From NCBI GenBank assembly GCA_028820505.1, contig JAPPIT010000058.1:2287-66286 (forward strand): DNA of 64,000 nt, in the 5' to 3' direction. The position numbers were made by a program, and so were the translations under genes. The DNA is from Defluviicoccus sp. Lineage in GTDB: Bacteria; Pseudomonadota; Alphaproteobacteria; MPNO01. The notes below the pieces were generated by a model. That model did not search any database. It saw nothing but the letters and a program-made list of their open reading frames with translations, and was not told where the DNA came from. Below, piece after piece: positions 63,065 through 64,000 of this stretch. How positions within the stretch are numbered: position 1 is the first letter of the stretch; each line of letters starts with the position of its first letter.

Positions 63065-64000
63065 CGTTCCTCCCCCTCGGTGTTTCCCCGCCCGTCGACC
63101 GAGGCGCCCGAGGCGAACAGGGCGGCGATCTCCGTCTCGGCGAGCCCGGCCTCGGCCAGGACCTCGGCGGAATGCTCGCCGAATCTGGGCTGCAGGCGCC
63201 GGATGCCCGTGTCCTCGCCCGCGTCGGAAAACCTGACGGGCGGGTCGGTCAGCACGATCCCGCCCTCGGTCGGATGGCGGACGCGGCGGAAGAACCTCAC
63301 CGCGTCGAGATGCGGATCCTCCATCAGCTCCTCCAGCGTCGCGACCGGCGCGGCGGGGATTTCGAGCCGCTCGAAGATCTCCGCCCATTCGGCACTGGTC
63401 CGTTCGCCGAGGCACTCCCCGGCGGTCCGGTAGACCTCGTCGATATTGTCGCTCCGGCTCTTGAGCGTGTCGAAACGCGGATCGTCGATCAGCTCCGGCC
63501 TGCCGACCTCGCGCCAGAACCGCCGCCACTGCTCGTCGGTATAGGCGAGCATGCAGATATAGCCGTCGGCGGTCGGGTAGGGCCGGCGCCAGGGAACCAG
63601 CACACGGGGATAACCCATCTCCGCCACCGCCGGGTCGAAGGCGCGGCCGTAGATGTGCTCGGTCAGGTTGAAGGCGGCCATGGTCTCGAACATGGGGATC
63701 TCGACGAACTGGCCGCGCCCGGTGCGTTCGCGTGCGAGCAGCGCCGCGATCACCGAATAGGTGGCGACCAAGGCGCAGGTCTTGTCGGCCATGATGGTGG
63801 GCATGTAGCGCGGCTCGCCGACCAGCCTGGCCATCAGGTCGGCGCTGCCGCTGCGTCCTTGGATCACGTCGTCATAGGCGGGCTGGCCGCCATAGGGGCC
63901 ATCGGTGCGGTAGCCGTGCAGCCCGGCATAGACGATGCGCGGGTTGCGGGCGCAGACGCTCTGGTGGCCGAATCCGAGACGGTCGAGCTTCTGGGGCCGG
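63061..64000 (-). CDS. family III (CaiB/BaiF) CoA-transferase, C-terminal part (N-terminus beyond window)
   Basis: The frame stays open to the window edge. The translation upstream of the track's GTG continues as ...LGFGHQSVCARNPRIVYAGLHGYRTDGPYGGQPAYDDV, the family III signature region. Confidence 0.8.
   Translation of the reverse strand, partial: RPQKLDRLGFGHQSVCARNPRIVYAGLHGYRTDGPYGGQPAYDDVIQGRSGSADLMARLVGEPRYMPTIMADKTCALVATYSVIAALLARERTGRGQFVEIPMFETMAAFNLTEHIYGRAFDPAVAEMGYPRVLVPWRRPYPTADGYICMLAYTDEQWRRFWREVGRPELIDDPRFDTLKSRSDNIDEVYRTAGECLGERTSAEWAEIFERLEIPAAPVATLEELMEDPHLDAVRFFRRVRHPTEGGIVLTDPPVRFSDAGEDTGIRRLQPRFGEHSAEVLAEAGLAETEIAALFASGASVDGRGNTEGEER

Overview
This is a high-GC (about 68-70%) alphaproteobacterial chromosome segment. 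Gene content and codon usage look sphingomonad-like, which is an inference rather than something I can verify. It opens with the 3' end of polA and carries the replication-initiation neighbourhood rpsT-dnaA-dnaN-recF-gyrB at 10-17 kb. Most of the rest is housekeeping: purE/purK, def, an ABC-F ATPase, a PBP1-type peptidoglycan synthase, indolepyruvate ferredoxin oxidoreductase, SCO1, dapF-mtaB-ftsY, ilvE, moaE-moaD-moeA-mobB, pgsA, uvrC, folB, uvrB, aspC, an EF-G paralog and msrP. The accessory part is a roughly 12.5 kb catabolic island at 27.4-39.9 kb. It holds a low-GC ORFan, a lone CoxL-type Mo-hydroxylase large subunit translationally coupled to two tandem alpha/beta-hydrolase paralogs, and a convergent six-gene operon of CoxL-CoxS-CoxM, Rieske oxygenase alpha and beta, and a NicX-like (M29-fold) ring-cleavage dioxygenase. 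I read this island as an uncharacterised N-heterocycle (hydroxypyridine-type) degradation system. Four other things stand out. There are two small repeat families, each in two copies: a nested CACGTG palindrome and a ~100-bp MITE-like element with terminal inverted repeats. A solitary Phd/YefM-type antitoxin gene is translationally coupled to a CoA-transferase/MaoC operon, with a MITE copy where a toxin gene would be expected. A 340-bp intergenic region upstream of uvrC is anomalously AT-rich. Two DUF465 paralogs flank a DUF2390 gene. I found no rRNA, tRNA, CRISPR, transposase or integrase genes. All coordinates are anchored to the supplied ORF-track frames.
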